NCBI GenBank assembly: GCA_964343915.1
Contig: CAYFKY010000001.1
Location: 6,219-70,218 of the forward strand
Direction of reading: 5' to 3'
DNA length: 64,000 nucleotides
Origin: an uncultured Polynucleobacter sp.
Lineage (GTDB): Bacteria; Pseudomonadota; Gammaproteobacteria; Burkholderiales; Burkholderiaceae
Numbering within the stretch: position 1 is the stretch's first letter; each line of letters starts with the position of its first letter. The position numbers and the translations under genes were made by a program. This document shows, piece by piece, positions 1 to 9,081 of this stretch. The notes beneath the pieces were generated by a model. It ran no database searches. It worked only from the letters and a program-made list of their open reading frames with translations, and was not told where the DNA came from.

Positions 1-382
1 AATAGGTCGTCTATTAATGGCAGCCATTTTTATCATGGCTGGATTATCCAAAGCAACTGGATTCAGTGGCACAGCAGGGTATATCGCATCAGTAGGGTTG
101 CCGATGCCTGAAGCTTTGACAGCAGCCACAATCGTGCTTGAAGTGGTTGGTGGTGTCGCATTAGTAGTTGGTTATAGATTGCGCTTATTTGCAGTTCTAT
201 TGGCTGGATTTACATTGCTGGCAGGTTTGTTTTTTCATAACTTTTGGGCTATGCCAGCAGAAGTTCAGCATATTCAACAAATTATGTTCATGAAGAACTT
301 AAGTATTGCTGGTGGTTTACTCATTATTGCTGCTCTGGGTGGTGGCTCATTGTCTTTGGACGAAAAACTTAAGCAAGCATAA
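1..382 (+). CDS. DoxX family inner-membrane protein (5' end probably upstream of the window)
   Basis: Four hydrophobic segments and the motifs 'FFHNFW' and 'FMKNLSIAGGLL'. The frame is open to the window edge (IGRLLMAAIF). Confidence 0.85.
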   Translation, partial: IGRLLMAAIFIMAGLSKATGFSGTAGYIASVGLPMPEALTAATIVLEVVGGVALVVGYRLRLFAVLLAGFTLLAGLFFHNFWAMPAEVQHIQQIMFMKNLSIAGGLLIIAALGGGSLSLDEKLKQA

Positions 383-421
383 AAATGATTCATTCATTAT
401 TTCAATCAAGGAGAAATTAAT

Positions 422-979
422 ATGACAAAAGTCGCAGTTGTTTTTCATAGTGGTTATGGTCACACAGTAAAACAGGCGGAAGCCATTGCTAAAGGCGCTA
501 ATGGAACATTGGTGACAATTGATGCAGAAGGTCAGCTAACCGACGCTCAGTGGGATATCTTGCAAGCTGCTGATGCCATTGTATTTGGTTCGCCCACGTA
601 CATGGGTAGTGTGACATGGCAGTTCAAGAAATTTGCTGATGCAAGCTCTAAAGCCTGGTTTACACAAGCTTGGAAAAATAAAGTATTTGGCGGATTTACT
701 AACTCTGCCACTATGAATGGTGATAAACATTCAACCATTCACTATTTCATGACATTGGCTATGCAGCACTCAGGTATTTGGGTGGGTACTGGTTTAATGC
801 CGTCCAACTCAAAATCAGCTAAACGCGATGATGTTAATTATGTAGGCTCATTTGCTGGCGCCATGATGACAACACCGTCTGATGCAAGTGTTGATGAAGT
901 CAATGCTGGTGACTTAGAAACAGCAAGGTTATATGGTCAGCGTGTTGCTGAGGTGGCAGGGCAGTTTAAAGCTAAGTAA
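422..979 (+). CDS. Flavodoxin-fold WrbA-like NAD(P)H:quinone oxidoreductase
   Basis: FMN loop 'HSGYGHT' and 'FGSPTYMGS'. AGGAG RBS upstream. Confidence 0.85.
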   Translation: MTKVAVVFHSGYGHTVKQAEAIAKGANGTLVTIDAEGQLTDAQWDILQAADAIVFGSPTYMGSVTWQFKKFADASSKAWFTQAWKNKVFGGFTNSATMNGDKHSTIHYFMTLAMQHSGIWVGTGLMPSNSKSAKRDDVNYVGSFAGAMMTTPSDASVDEVNAGDLETARLYGQRVAEVAGQFKAK

Positions 980-981
980 TT

Positions 982-1683
982 ATGCTCAAAATCAGAAAAT
1001 CTGAGGATCGCGGGTATGCCGATCATGGTTGGCTAAAAACACATCACTCATTTTCATTCGCAGGTTACTACGACCCAGAGCACATGGGTTGGGGTAATTT
1101 GCGAGTGATCAACGATGATTACATTGCGGCTGGCTATGGTTTCGGTAAACACGGCCATCGCAACATGGAAATCATTAGTTATGTTTTGGCGGGGGAATTG
1201 GCTCATCAAGACAGCATGGGTAATGTCAAAGGTATACCGCCAGGCGATATACAGCGCATGAGCGCAGGTACTGGAGTAATGCATAGTGAATTCAATCATG
1301 CCAAAGATCAGGAAACCCATCTTTTGCAAATTTGGATTGAGCCAAGTGTGAGTGAGATTCCACCTAGTTATGAACAAATCTCCATACCCACTGAAGAAAA
1401 GAGAAAAACACTGCGTTTGGTAGCATCACCAACTGGCGAGCAAGGGTCTGTGACAATCTATGCAGATGCAAAAATGTATGCAGGTCTTTTTGATCAGGGC
1501 GATAGTTATCAACAAGCCTTGAACCCACAAAGAAAAGGCTACCTGCATCTGGTCCGCGGCAATATCACAGTGAATGGTCAAGCCATCAAAGGTGGTGATG
1601 CTGTTCTGATGGATGGCGAGTCTGATCTGCAGCTCTCTAACCCAAGGGATGCAGAAGTGATTTTCTTTGATTTGGCCCCATAA
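982..1683 (+). CDS. Pirin family protein (YhhW-like)
   Basis: Metal-binding cupin motifs 'RGYADHGWL', 'HGHRNMEI' and 'MSAGTGVMHSE'. Confidence 0.93.
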   Translation: MLKIRKSEDRGYADHGWLKTHHSFSFAGYYDPEHMGWGNLRVINDDYIAAGYGFGKHGHRNMEIISYVLAGELAHQDSMGNVKGIPPGDIQRMSAGTGVMHSEFNHAKDQETHLLQIWIEPSVSEIPPSYEQISIPTEEKRKTLRLVASPTGEQGSVTIYADAKMYAGLFDQGDSYQQALNPQRKGYLHLVRGNITVNGQAIKGGDAVLMDGESDLQLSNPRDAEVIFFDLAP

Positions 1684-1689
1684 GTATCA

Positions 1690-1899
1690 ATGACGCCAGA
1701 TTCATTAAAAAAGCTTGTCAGCATGAAAATGCCTTTCGGCAAGCATGCTGGCAAGTTGTTATGTGATTTGCCCGCCAACTACTTGGCTTGGTTTGCTAGG
1801 GAGGGTTTCCCTAAAGGGGAGATAGGTGAACTCTTGCAACTCATGCATGAGATTGATCACAATAATTTACGAGATCTTTTGAAACCGTTACAAAAATAG
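1690..1899 (+). CDS. DUF3820 family small protein
   Basis: Signature 'MPFGKHAGKLLCDLPANYLAWF...GFPKG'. Confidence 0.85.
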   Translation: MTPDSLKKLVSMKMPFGKHAGKLLCDLPANYLAWFAREGFPKGEIGELLQLMHEIDHNNLRDLLKPLQK

Positions 1900-1924
1900 G
1901 CGTGACCTAGTCCTGGGTACTCAC

Positions 1925-1961
1925 GTCAGATTTTTCTGTATCAAACTCAGAAATCCCTGAC
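1925..1961. promoter_or_regulatory. Two imperfect TCAG-N6-CTGA palindromic boxes (putative operators)
   Basis: GTCAGATTTTTCTGTA (1925-1940) and CTCAGAAATCCCTGAC (1946-1961), 21 bp apart. Both resemble the perfect palindrome at 3052-3067. Confidence 0.5.
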
Positions 1962-2024
1962 CCAATTATCAGCTCCAAGCTCTTCAATTTACATTCATCA
2001 TGATGTCTTTTACGGAGGACATGC

Positions 2025-2264
2025 ATGGAATTAATTTTGAATCAGTTTGTTAAAAAAGCAGCAACAAAAAGTAGGCAATCTAGTCCTAAGCTTGGTGCCA
2101 AGCGCCTAATCAGAAGAACCGTGGGGCTTGGTGTAGCCAAAAAGTCGCAACGATCTCTTGGAAAAACCATTGCTAGTACCACTCGACCAGCGACTAAGTT
2201 GATGTTGCGTGCAGCCAAAGGTCTGGGTAGATTAGCCACCTTCATTTTGATTGGTAGGTTGTGA
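2025..2264 (+). CDS. Hypothetical small, very basic protein (79 aa)
   Basis: Strong GGAGG RBS upstream. K/R-rich with a hydrophobic C-terminus. Confidence 0.6.
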   Translation: MELILNQFVKKAATKSRQSSPKLGAKRLIRRTVGLGVAKKSQRSLGKTIASTTRPATKLMLRAAKGLGRLATFILIGRL

Positions 2265-2272
2265 GGTGATGC

Positions 2273-2488
2273 ATGAGTCAAGAGGTCTGTGCATTACTGG
2301 TGGAGAAGTTAGTCAATTCTGAAGAGTTAGGGGAGATGGCAGAAACTATTCAGACTGGATTGGAGTCTGGGCAGGGGATTTGGTATTTCCTATTAGATAA
2401 TCCGATGGCTTTTGGTATGTTGATTGGAGGAGGTCTGGCTACATGGATGCGTCATTGGTTTTACAAGCAGACCATGGTCAGGCGTTAA
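2273..2488 (+). CDS. Hypothetical small membrane protein (71 aa)
   Basis: GAGGTG RBS. Acidic N-terminal half, one hydrophobic segment (MAFGMLIGGGLATW) and a basic tail. Confidence 0.6.
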   Translation: MSQEVCALLVEKLVNSEELGEMAETIQTGLESGQGIWYFLLDNPMAFGMLIGGGLATWMRHWFYKQTMVRR

Positions 2489-2491
2489 TTC

Positions 2492-2965
2492 TTATTCAAA
2501 ATGGATAGAGCCTGGGGTGTAGGATTCTCTGGGACGTAGGCAAATATTAATGTCGTAACCAAATTGAGTGAGAGCGTGGAGCAACATATAAGTGCTTAAC
2601 TTTTTTAGATCACCCTTGTAGATGGCCAGAGTTTCTTTTAATGGCAGTTGTGTTTTTTCAGAAAGTCTCCGTGGGTCACTGAGTTGATCCATGGAGATCT
2701 TCCTGTATAGATCTTCAAAAAGAGCAGACTTCAAATCATTTTCTTTTTTATTGATATCGAGATATTTCATATCAATCATCTTCATGGGTTTGCTTTTGTA
2801 TTGATTGCTGCCAATACCGCTATCTTTCACCACAGCCTTATCAGGTGACTGGTGGCATGTGAGTGTGAAGACATGATGATCATCTGTATTGAAGATAAGC
2901 CGTCCTTGACGGCTATTTAATTCAACTGGATCCATGGAGTCTAATGATTCAAGACGTGTAGGCAT
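2492..2965 (-). CDS. Hypothetical protein with a probable C-terminal XRE-like helix-turn-helix domain
   Basis: The C-terminus 'RLSEKTQLPLKETLAIYKGDLKKLSTYMLLHALTQFGYDINICLRP' resembles XRE/HigA-type HTH_37 proteins. Start placed at MPTRLES. Confidence 0.5.
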   Translation of the reverse strand: MPTRLESLDSMDPVELNSRQGRLIFNTDDHHVFTLTCHQSPDKAVVKDSGIGSNQYKSKPMKMIDMKYLDINKKENDLKSALFEDLYRKISMDQLSDPRRLSEKTQLPLKETLAIYKGDLKKLSTYMLLHALTQFGYDINICLRPRESYTPGSIHFE

Positions 2966-3051
2966 GATTTGCTTTCTTTGAAGTTGAATGCTGAAAACAA
3001 GAGCTTGCCTTAAATTGATGCCGATGAATATCAGCAAATACTTATTTTGTT

Positions 3052-3067
3052 GTCAGAAATTTCTGAC
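3052..3067. promoter_or_regulatory. Perfect 16-bp palindrome GTCAGAAATTTCTGAC (putative operator)
   Basis: Exact self-complementary sequence upstream of the HTH-like gene. Confidence 0.5.
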
Positions 3068-3546
3068 TATGTTGAGAGTCTTGCCTTGATATGTTCAAGT
3101 AAACCATCGCAGGCATCTTCCACCAAATCCAACACCTCTTCAAACCCCTCTGCACCTTTGTAGTAGGGATCTGGCACGACCGCAGCTTCCATGGTTTTGC
3201 AGAATTCGGTCAAACGTCGAATCTTATGTTTCTTATTGTCAGGAGACATCTTTTCAGTCAGGGCATAGTTGTCCCAATCCATCACTAACAACAAGTCGTA
3301 ATCATTGAAATCTTTATCGCAAACTTGTCGCGCTTTTAGGTCTGAGAGGTCATAACCTCGCCTGATCGCATGTGCTTGAGATCTTGCATCAGGCTCTTCG
3401 CCAACATGGTAGGCATGGGTACCCGCTGAGTCGACTTCGATCATATGTGCCAAGCCAGCATCCTTCACATACTGTCGAAATACACCATGTGCAGTAGGGC
3501 TACGACAAATGTTCCCCATGCAGATAAATAGAACTTTGAATTTCAT
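3067..3546 (-). CDS. Low-molecular-weight protein-tyrosine phosphatase
   Basis: P-loop 'CMGNICRS' and 'DPYY'. Confidence 0.95.
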   Translation of the reverse strand: MKFKVLFICMGNICRSPTAHGVFRQYVKDAGLAHMIEVDSAGTHAYHVGEEPDARSQAHAIRRGYDLSDLKARQVCDKDFNDYDLLLVMDWDNYALTEKMSPDNKKHKIRRLTEFCKTMEAAVVPDPYYKGAEGFEEVLDLVEDACDGLLEHIKARLST

Positions 3547-3590
3547 GTGTGCTTTCGCGTTAAAGGGTGATGCTTAAAACTAAATGATAT

Positions 3591-3625
3591 AAAAAAACTG
3601 GGTTGCAGCGAATGCTGCACCCAGT
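3591..3625 (-). terminator. Rho-independent terminator
   Basis: Minus strand reads ACTGGGTGCAGC-ATTC-GCTGCAACCCAGT followed by a T-run. Confidence 0.85.
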
Positions 3626-3660
3626 CCAACGTCACTTGCGTGACTAGGGAGTTACACAAT
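3591..3660 (-). ncRNA. Candidate 3'-UTR-derived sRNA
   Basis: Single-stranded AACUCCCU (anti-SD-like), a GUCAC-GCAA-GUGAC tetraloop hairpin, then a strong terminator. Confidence 0.35.
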
Positions 3661-3662
3661 CT

Positions 3663-3902
3663 TTACTGAATACCAATAATTTTCTTGGCTTCTGCTAACG
3701 CAGCCATCGATTCTGTGTGTTTGCCTGCTTTGTGCAGGTCTTCACCTTTGGCGCGCAAGTCTTTAACTTTGGTCATGTTTTGTGGTGTTAGTTGAGTCGC
3801 TAGTAGAGCGCTGTCAATTTTTTTCATTTCACCTGGGCAGCCGTGAGCAAAAGCTAAGCCAGAGGTGCCAACAAGACTGATCGCAATTAACCATTTTTTC
3901 AT
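3663..3902 (-). CDS. Small secreted helical protein
   Basis: Signal peptide ending AFA; the mature protein starts HGCP. GAGGAG RBS. Confidence 0.8.
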   Translation of the reverse strand: MKKWLIAISLVGTSGLAFAHGCPGEMKKIDSALLATQLTPQNMTKVKDLRAKGEDLHKAGKHTESMAALAEAKKIIGIQ

Positions 3903-4014
3903 GAGTTGTCTCCTCGGAATGATTTATGACAATCTACTCTCAAATGAAATTTATTGCTAATTCGCAAATAACCCTATGGCAGAAATTGTTATTGCAGCGC
4001 ACCAAGCTGAGTGC

Positions 4015-4623
4015 TTAGAACAAATCCTTTTGCTGTTCTTTGCGCAGTAAGAATGCATTTTGCATATCAATATTGGTTTCTCGTCTGCCTGGAGTGACGA
4101 TGATCTGATCTCCAGCCTTGATAGCGCCTCCTTGGTGAACTTTTAGGTACCAACCGGAGCGTCTTGATTGAATCATGGCTTTGGCTGAACCCTTGTACCC
4201 CATACGGGCGTTAAATTTAAAGCAGGGCTCGCGAAGTTTTACCACCTCTAATTCAACCTCACCAATTTGCCAAATATCACCCACCCAGACATCAGATTCT
4301 GTGAAGCCCTCGACGCTTAAATTTTCACCTACAAAACCATGGCCAATTGGTACCGATCTCTTGACCTCTCTTGTGAGCAGTTCATTCCAAAAATCGTAGT
4401 GTTCTGCTGGATAGGCATAGATCGCCTTTTCAAGACCGCCATGAACGCTGAAATCGGCTTGTTCATCGCCATCAATGCCGACTTTTCTGACGACAACGCT
4501 ATTAGGTTGCTCTAAAGAGCTCACCACGTCTTTTTTAATGCCCGAGTTAACCACTTTGTGGTCTGGATGATCGATTCCGAAGAGGGGGGCTATTTTGCCG
4601 GTGGAGATAGATAAGATGCGCAT
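4015..4623 (-). CDS. MOSC domain protein (YiiM-like)
   Basis: 'GDEQADFSVHGGLEKAIYAY', 'GENL', 'REPCFK' and 'SGWYLKV'. Confidence 0.92.
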   Translation of the reverse strand: MRILSISTGKIAPLFGIDHPDHKVVNSGIKKDVVSSLEQPNSVVVRKVGIDGDEQADFSVHGGLEKAIYAYPAEHYDFWNELLTREVKRSVPIGHGFVGENLSVEGFTESDVWVGDIWQIGEVELEVVKLREPCFKFNARMGYKGSAKAMIQSRRSGWYLKVHQGGAIKAGDQIIVTPGRRETNIDMQNAFLLRKEQQKDLF

Positions 4624-4664
4624 GCCATAATTAAATCACTTTATTGAATTTCGAGTCATTATTC

Positions 4665-5432
4665 ATGCCACGTTTTGCTGCCAACCTTTCTTTGCTTTAC
4701 ACCGATTTACCTTTTTTAGACCGTTTTAGAGCGGCTAAAGAGGATGGTTTTGAAGCAGTGGAATGTCAGTTTCCCTATGAGTGGTATGCGCAAACCAGCC
4801 TGGAAAACATTCAGCAAACCATGGCGAAGTTGAATTTACCAATGGTGCTACATAATCTGCCGGCAGGAGATTGGGCTAATGGCGAGCGAGGCATTGCTTG
4901 TGATCCCAATCGTGTTGATGAGTTCAGGGCAGGTGTACCTTTAGCGATTAAATATGCCAAAGCTCTTAATGTGCCAAGAGTTAACTGTATTGTGGGTATC
5001 TTGCCAGTAGGTTTATCCCCCGATTTGGCACAAGCCACCTTGGTAGCCAATTTAACCTACGCTGCAGAAGAGTTAAAAAAAGAAAATATCAAGCTGCTGA
5101 TTGAGCCAATTAATACTTTTGATATTCCTGGCTTCTTTTTAGCAAGTTCTAACCATGCCATTGAAACGATCATGGCAGTCAAGTCCTCAAATCTTTATTT
5201 GCAATACGATGCGTATCACTTGCATCGGATGGGCGAAGATATTCTAGAAATTGAGGAGCTCATGCCGTTTATTGATCACATCCAAATTGCTGATCATCCT
5301 GGCAGGCACGAACCCGGTACCGGAGAAATTCTATATTCTGATTTCTTTATGTTATTAGATGACCTGGATTACCCAGGATGGGTTGGTTGTGAATACAAGC
5401 AACTACATAAAGCTAACTTTTTAAAAGATTAA
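4665..5432 (+). CDS. hyi: Hydroxypyruvate isomerase family protein
   Basis: 'PRFAANLS', 'LLIEPIN', 'HIQIADHPGRHEPGTGEI' and 'WVGCEY'. Confidence 0.9.
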   Translation: MPRFAANLSLLYTDLPFLDRFRAAKEDGFEAVECQFPYEWYAQTSLENIQQTMAKLNLPMVLHNLPAGDWANGERGIACDPNRVDEFRAGVPLAIKYAKALNVPRVNCIVGILPVGLSPDLAQATLVANLTYAAEELKKENIKLLIEPINTFDIPGFFLASSNHAIETIMAVKSSNLYLQYDAYHLHRMGEDILEIEELMPFIDHIQIADHPGRHEPGTGEILYSDFFMLLDDLDYPGWVGCEYKQLHKANFLKD

Positions 5433-5520
5433 GTGTCAGCTAAAAGAGCATAATTAGATTTTATGAACTTTGCAGAGTAGGGCTTAATGCCCTGACAAAT
5501 GCCTTTGATACTGATTGACT

Positions 5521-6279
5521 ATGTTGTTAGAACCACCGTATTCGTCCTTGAATGATTTGCCTACGCAGTTACAGCAACATGGCTACGTTGTCGTGGCACC
5601 AGACCAGTTTTATGCCTTATCAGGTCATCAAGAACAGGATTGGGTACATTTAGCAAAAACTTGGCAGCACCTACCACCGGATGAATATTTGCGAGATGGT
5701 GGTCGTTATCGTCAGCGACGCCACGCTAGTTTTGTTCTAAAAAATACTGCTTTGCAATTAGCGCCACATCGCGCCCATTGGCAACCAGTGGCCTATAACG
5801 CCTTGCATGGTGGCATTGATCGTTGGTTTGAGCCATGCGAAGAAGAATTTGTTCATTCTGATGCATTAAAAGACTGCCTTATCAATCTAGGCTTGCAACT
5901 TAATCAAATAAAACCTGCGACTGATGACACTTGGTATGTAGAAGTTCATCAGTTCAGGATTGATACAACAGATGGTATCGGTCGACCAACTCCTGAGGGT
6001 GCTCATAGAGATGGCGTTGATTTTGTCGCTGTCTTAATGTTGGGTAGACATCAAATAAAAGGTGGTGAAACGCGGGTGTTTGAAGCCAATGGACCGCAGG
6101 GACAGCGTTTTACACTGAATCAATCATTCAGTCTGATGATTTTGGATGATGAGCGAGTGATTCATGAAAGCACACCGATACAGCCTATCGACCCTGACAA
6201 TGGATCACATGCTTGGCGCGACACGTTAGTGGTGACGTTTAGGCGCGATGGTTTTCAGGATGGGCCTAAGGCCAATTAA
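5521..6279 (+). CDS. 2OG-Fe(II) dioxygenase family protein (2OG-Fe_Oxy_2/BsmA-like)
   Basis: 'DGGRYRQRR', HxD motif 'PEGAHRDG', 'HESTP' and 'RDTLVVT'. Confidence 0.85.
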   Translation: MLLEPPYSSLNDLPTQLQQHGYVVVAPDQFYALSGHQEQDWVHLAKTWQHLPPDEYLRDGGRYRQRRHASFVLKNTALQLAPHRAHWQPVAYNALHGGIDRWFEPCEEEFVHSDALKDCLINLGLQLNQIKPATDDTWYVEVHQFRIDTTDGIGRPTPEGAHRDGVDFVAVLMLGRHQIKGGETRVFEANGPQGQRFTLNQSFSLMILDDERVIHESTPIQPIDPDNGSHAWRDTLVVTFRRDGFQDGPKAN

Positions 6280-6297
6280 ATCACTGGCCCTAATGGA

Positions 6298-8838
6298 TTA
6301 ACGTTTTCTATCTGGGGCTCTATTTTCGGGCTTCTTTTTCGAAGGCTCAATGACCCGATTAGGATCTGGTTTTAAGATAGAAGTATGAGTAATACTGCTT
6401 GGGTTCATGGTGAGTGGTAGATACTCATGTTTAGCCCAAGCGTTAGCGTAGTTAGAATAATTTCGGCTATTGATCCAGCCAGATTGACCAGTCTGATAGA
6501 TGAATTGCGATTTATCTAAATCTGCTAAATCGTAAATAGCTCGCATGCTGGCAGCTTTGGTCACGGTGTATGGATTGTGACTATTGCCCAAATCCATAAA
6601 TCCAACATTAATCGTAAATCCATCACCTGGCATTGGCCGGCTGACTTCGAAGTGTCTCTTTAGCCATGACACTTTGCTCATTGGACGATGTTCGGATACG
6701 GCTATGTGGGCTTTACCCCATGTCCATGATTGAGGGCTGCCACCTAATTGGTTGCTTAAGTCATCTAACGCGCGTGTGAAAGCGAGATCAATGATTTGCT
6801 CGCAAGTTTCAATTTCTGCAGTGGATGATTGGTCACACCAAAATGCTGCATCAGATTTTCCAGCAAGGTGCAGTTCCATGATGTGATGCACACCTGATCG
6901 AAAATCTCTCTTGCCATATTCGGCAGCAAAACTTGAGCCCAACTTATCCTCAAACAGCAAACGGGTTAATTGATGAGCCCACGCGTTATAGATGGTGGCG
7001 CTGGGACTATCTATACTCATATTGCCGTTAAAACTTGCTATCAATACCTTGGCGTCACTGGCGTATTTGTGATTCGAATTAGCTTGTTGCAAGAGGGGTA
7101 ATAAATCAATGGCTGACAATGACAATGTATCTGCTTGCATGGATTTCATACTGGCAAGATCATGTTTCTCTTGGGCAAGTAATAAGGCTTCTATTCTGTT
7201 TTGACGATAAGGCATGTGCCAATCAGCAGTTAGCGGATTCGGGTCATTAGCTGCATGCACGCGATGATTGGCTGTGGCAATCCAACCTTTACTAGGATTG
7301 TTATCTTTAGGTAGTTGATCTGGACTCAAATAAGGTCCCCAGTCGTATTGTTTATCCCATCCCAACGCAGGAGTGGAGCCAAACAATCCATGCCCTTTAG
7401 TTCTTTTGGGGGCAACACCAGCAGCACGATAGGCAATTTGCCCCTCTTTATCCGCCATCACGACGTTTTGCATTGGCGCGTAGTAATGTTTTAGTGCCCC
7501 TTTGAATTCATCTAAGTTTTGCGCTTGATTCATTAAAAAACCAGCCACTAAGGTCTGGTTCGCATCATCAAGTGCTGTCCAGCGCATTGATATGGCGTAG
7601 CGACTTGTATCGATCAACTCTTGAGCGCGCGGGTAAGCATCAGAGATCACTGGGCCATGTCTGGTTTCGCGAGCTAAAAAACGCACGGGGTCTTTACCTT
7701 TAACCAAGATGGTTTCTTCTCGTAAAACAAAATTGGCAAAGCCATTGGGTGTTTGATAGCGTGCAGGATTTTTTTCATCCAATGCTTCGATATACAAATC
7801 TTGTACATCGGGATCAGTATTGGTAAAGCCCCAAGCAACGTTGGTATTTCGTCCTAGAACAACGCCAGGGATACCTGGAACTGTCGCACCTATGACTTGT
7901 AATTTAGGTGCTTCAATATGCGCAAAATACCAAATGGCAGGGGCAGTTAAGCCAAGGTGTGGATCATTAGCTAGCAGTGGTTTGCCGCTGATCGTTTTAT
8001 CTCCTGATACAACCCAGTTATTCGAACCAATCCCTTCAAAGCCGCCAGGAAGTGATTGCAAAAGACCTTTGTTCAAGCTACTGATTTGATTGCTAGTAGA
8101 CCCTCCAGATTTAAAAACACCTAAATCTCTGTACATCTTGGCAAAGTTCGTCGTGGTTGGAGGAGCTTCGCCTGGGTAGGGTGGCAATACTTGCCAAATA
8201 CGATTGGTATCCAAGGTCTTGGATAGCTCAAGACGTAAAAACTCTTTATGCCAGTTGCCACCTAAATCCAAAGCCATCATCAGTGACCAAGCTACTGAGT
8301 CAGCGGGGCCCCACGTGCCAGGCTTAGCGCCCAAAATCATGAACTCTGCAGGTAATGCCCATCCAAGACGAGCAAATCCAGCATTCACTCCTTCGGCATA
8401 TGATTGAATTTGACGTTTGTATTCAATGGGGTAATTTTCAAACTGTTTTTCTGCTGCGCGACGAATACCCAAGGTGCGGATGAACTTATCAACCCCAACA
8501 GATTCTGGACCAAGTATTTCTGATAATTTGCCAGAGGCTAGACGGCGGTTGAACTCCATTTGCCAAGGGCGCTCTGTAGCATGTAAAAATCCAAGGGTGT
8601 ACCAAGCATCTTCTAGATTATTCGCGCTGATATGAGGTACGGCGTGTTGATCAAATTTAATCGTGACAGGATTATTAATCCCTGGGGCGATTTGCTCTGC
8701 ATTCAAGGTATCTCTAGTTGAGAATAAGTAAACACAAAAAATTGTTAGGCCGGCAATTAATATCCCAGCAAGCGAAATAGACCCTATTTTGGCTACGTTC
8801 TTTGGTTTTTTGTTTCTAGAAGATAGGGTGAAGCTCAT
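6298..8838 (-). CDS. Penicillin acylase family (Ntn-hydrolase) protein
   Basis: Autoprocessing site 'GIG|SNNWVVSG', 'LANDPHL' and an N-terminal membrane anchor. Confidence 0.93.
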   Translation of the reverse strand: MSFTLSSRNKKPKNVAKIGSISLAGILIAGLTIFCVYLFSTRDTLNAEQIAPGINNPVTIKFDQHAVPHISANNLEDAWYTLGFLHATERPWQMEFNRRLASGKLSEILGPESVGVDKFIRTLGIRRAAEKQFENYPIEYKRQIQSYAEGVNAGFARLGWALPAEFMILGAKPGTWGPADSVAWSLMMALDLGGNWHKEFLRLELSKTLDTNRIWQVLPPYPGEAPPTTTNFAKMYRDLGVFKSGGSTSNQISSLNKGLLQSLPGGFEGIGSNNWVVSGDKTISGKPLLANDPHLGLTAPAIWYFAHIEAPKLQVIGATVPGIPGVVLGRNTNVAWGFTNTDPDVQDLYIEALDEKNPARYQTPNGFANFVLREETILVKGKDPVRFLARETRHGPVISDAYPRAQELIDTSRYAISMRWTALDDANQTLVAGFLMNQAQNLDEFKGALKHYYAPMQNVVMADKEGQIAYRAAGVAPKRTKGHGLFGSTPALGWDKQYDWGPYLSPDQLPKDNNPSKGWIATANHRVHAANDPNPLTADWHMPYRQNRIEALLLAQEKHDLASMKSMQADTLSLSAIDLLPLLQQANSNHKYASDAKVLIASFNGNMSIDSPSATIYNAWAHQLTRLLFEDKLGSSFAAEYGKRDFRSGVHHIMELHLAGKSDAAFWCDQSSTAEIETCEQIIDLAFTRALDDLSNQLGGSPQSWTWGKAHIAVSEHRPMSKVSWLKRHFEVSRPMPGDGFTINVGFMDLGNSHNPYTVTKAASMRAIYDLADLDKSQFIYQTGQSGWINSRNYSNYANAWAKHEYLPLTMNPSSITHTSILKPDPNRVIEPSKKKPENRAPDRKR

Positions 8839-9081
8839 TGGGCAGTAATTTTTAATTAAATAATTGCAAATCAGTAAGGCTGTATTTTTTCATAGATTGC
8901 TTAATAAATCTCTGAGAATCAATGATTCGAATCCTAATTTTGCGGGCTAAAGATCATTTTTTAGGGGTGAGTTTTCAATCTATGTAAAATGACGACTTCG
9001 TTACAAATTAACGACCTGATTTTAGGTAAATCTTTAGATCAAGTTTATCGGTATTTGAAGCTTTCAAAGTTCAAGTATTGA

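Noticed and set aside
2042..2281. Minus-strand 79-aa ORF
   Set aside because: It is an antisense shadow of the plus-strand ORF, which has the strong RBS.
4015..8838. MOSC/hyi/2OG-dioxygenase/acylase as a biosynthetic cluster
   Set aside because: Orientations are mixed and there is no scaffold synthase, transporter or regulator. These are more likely independent genes.
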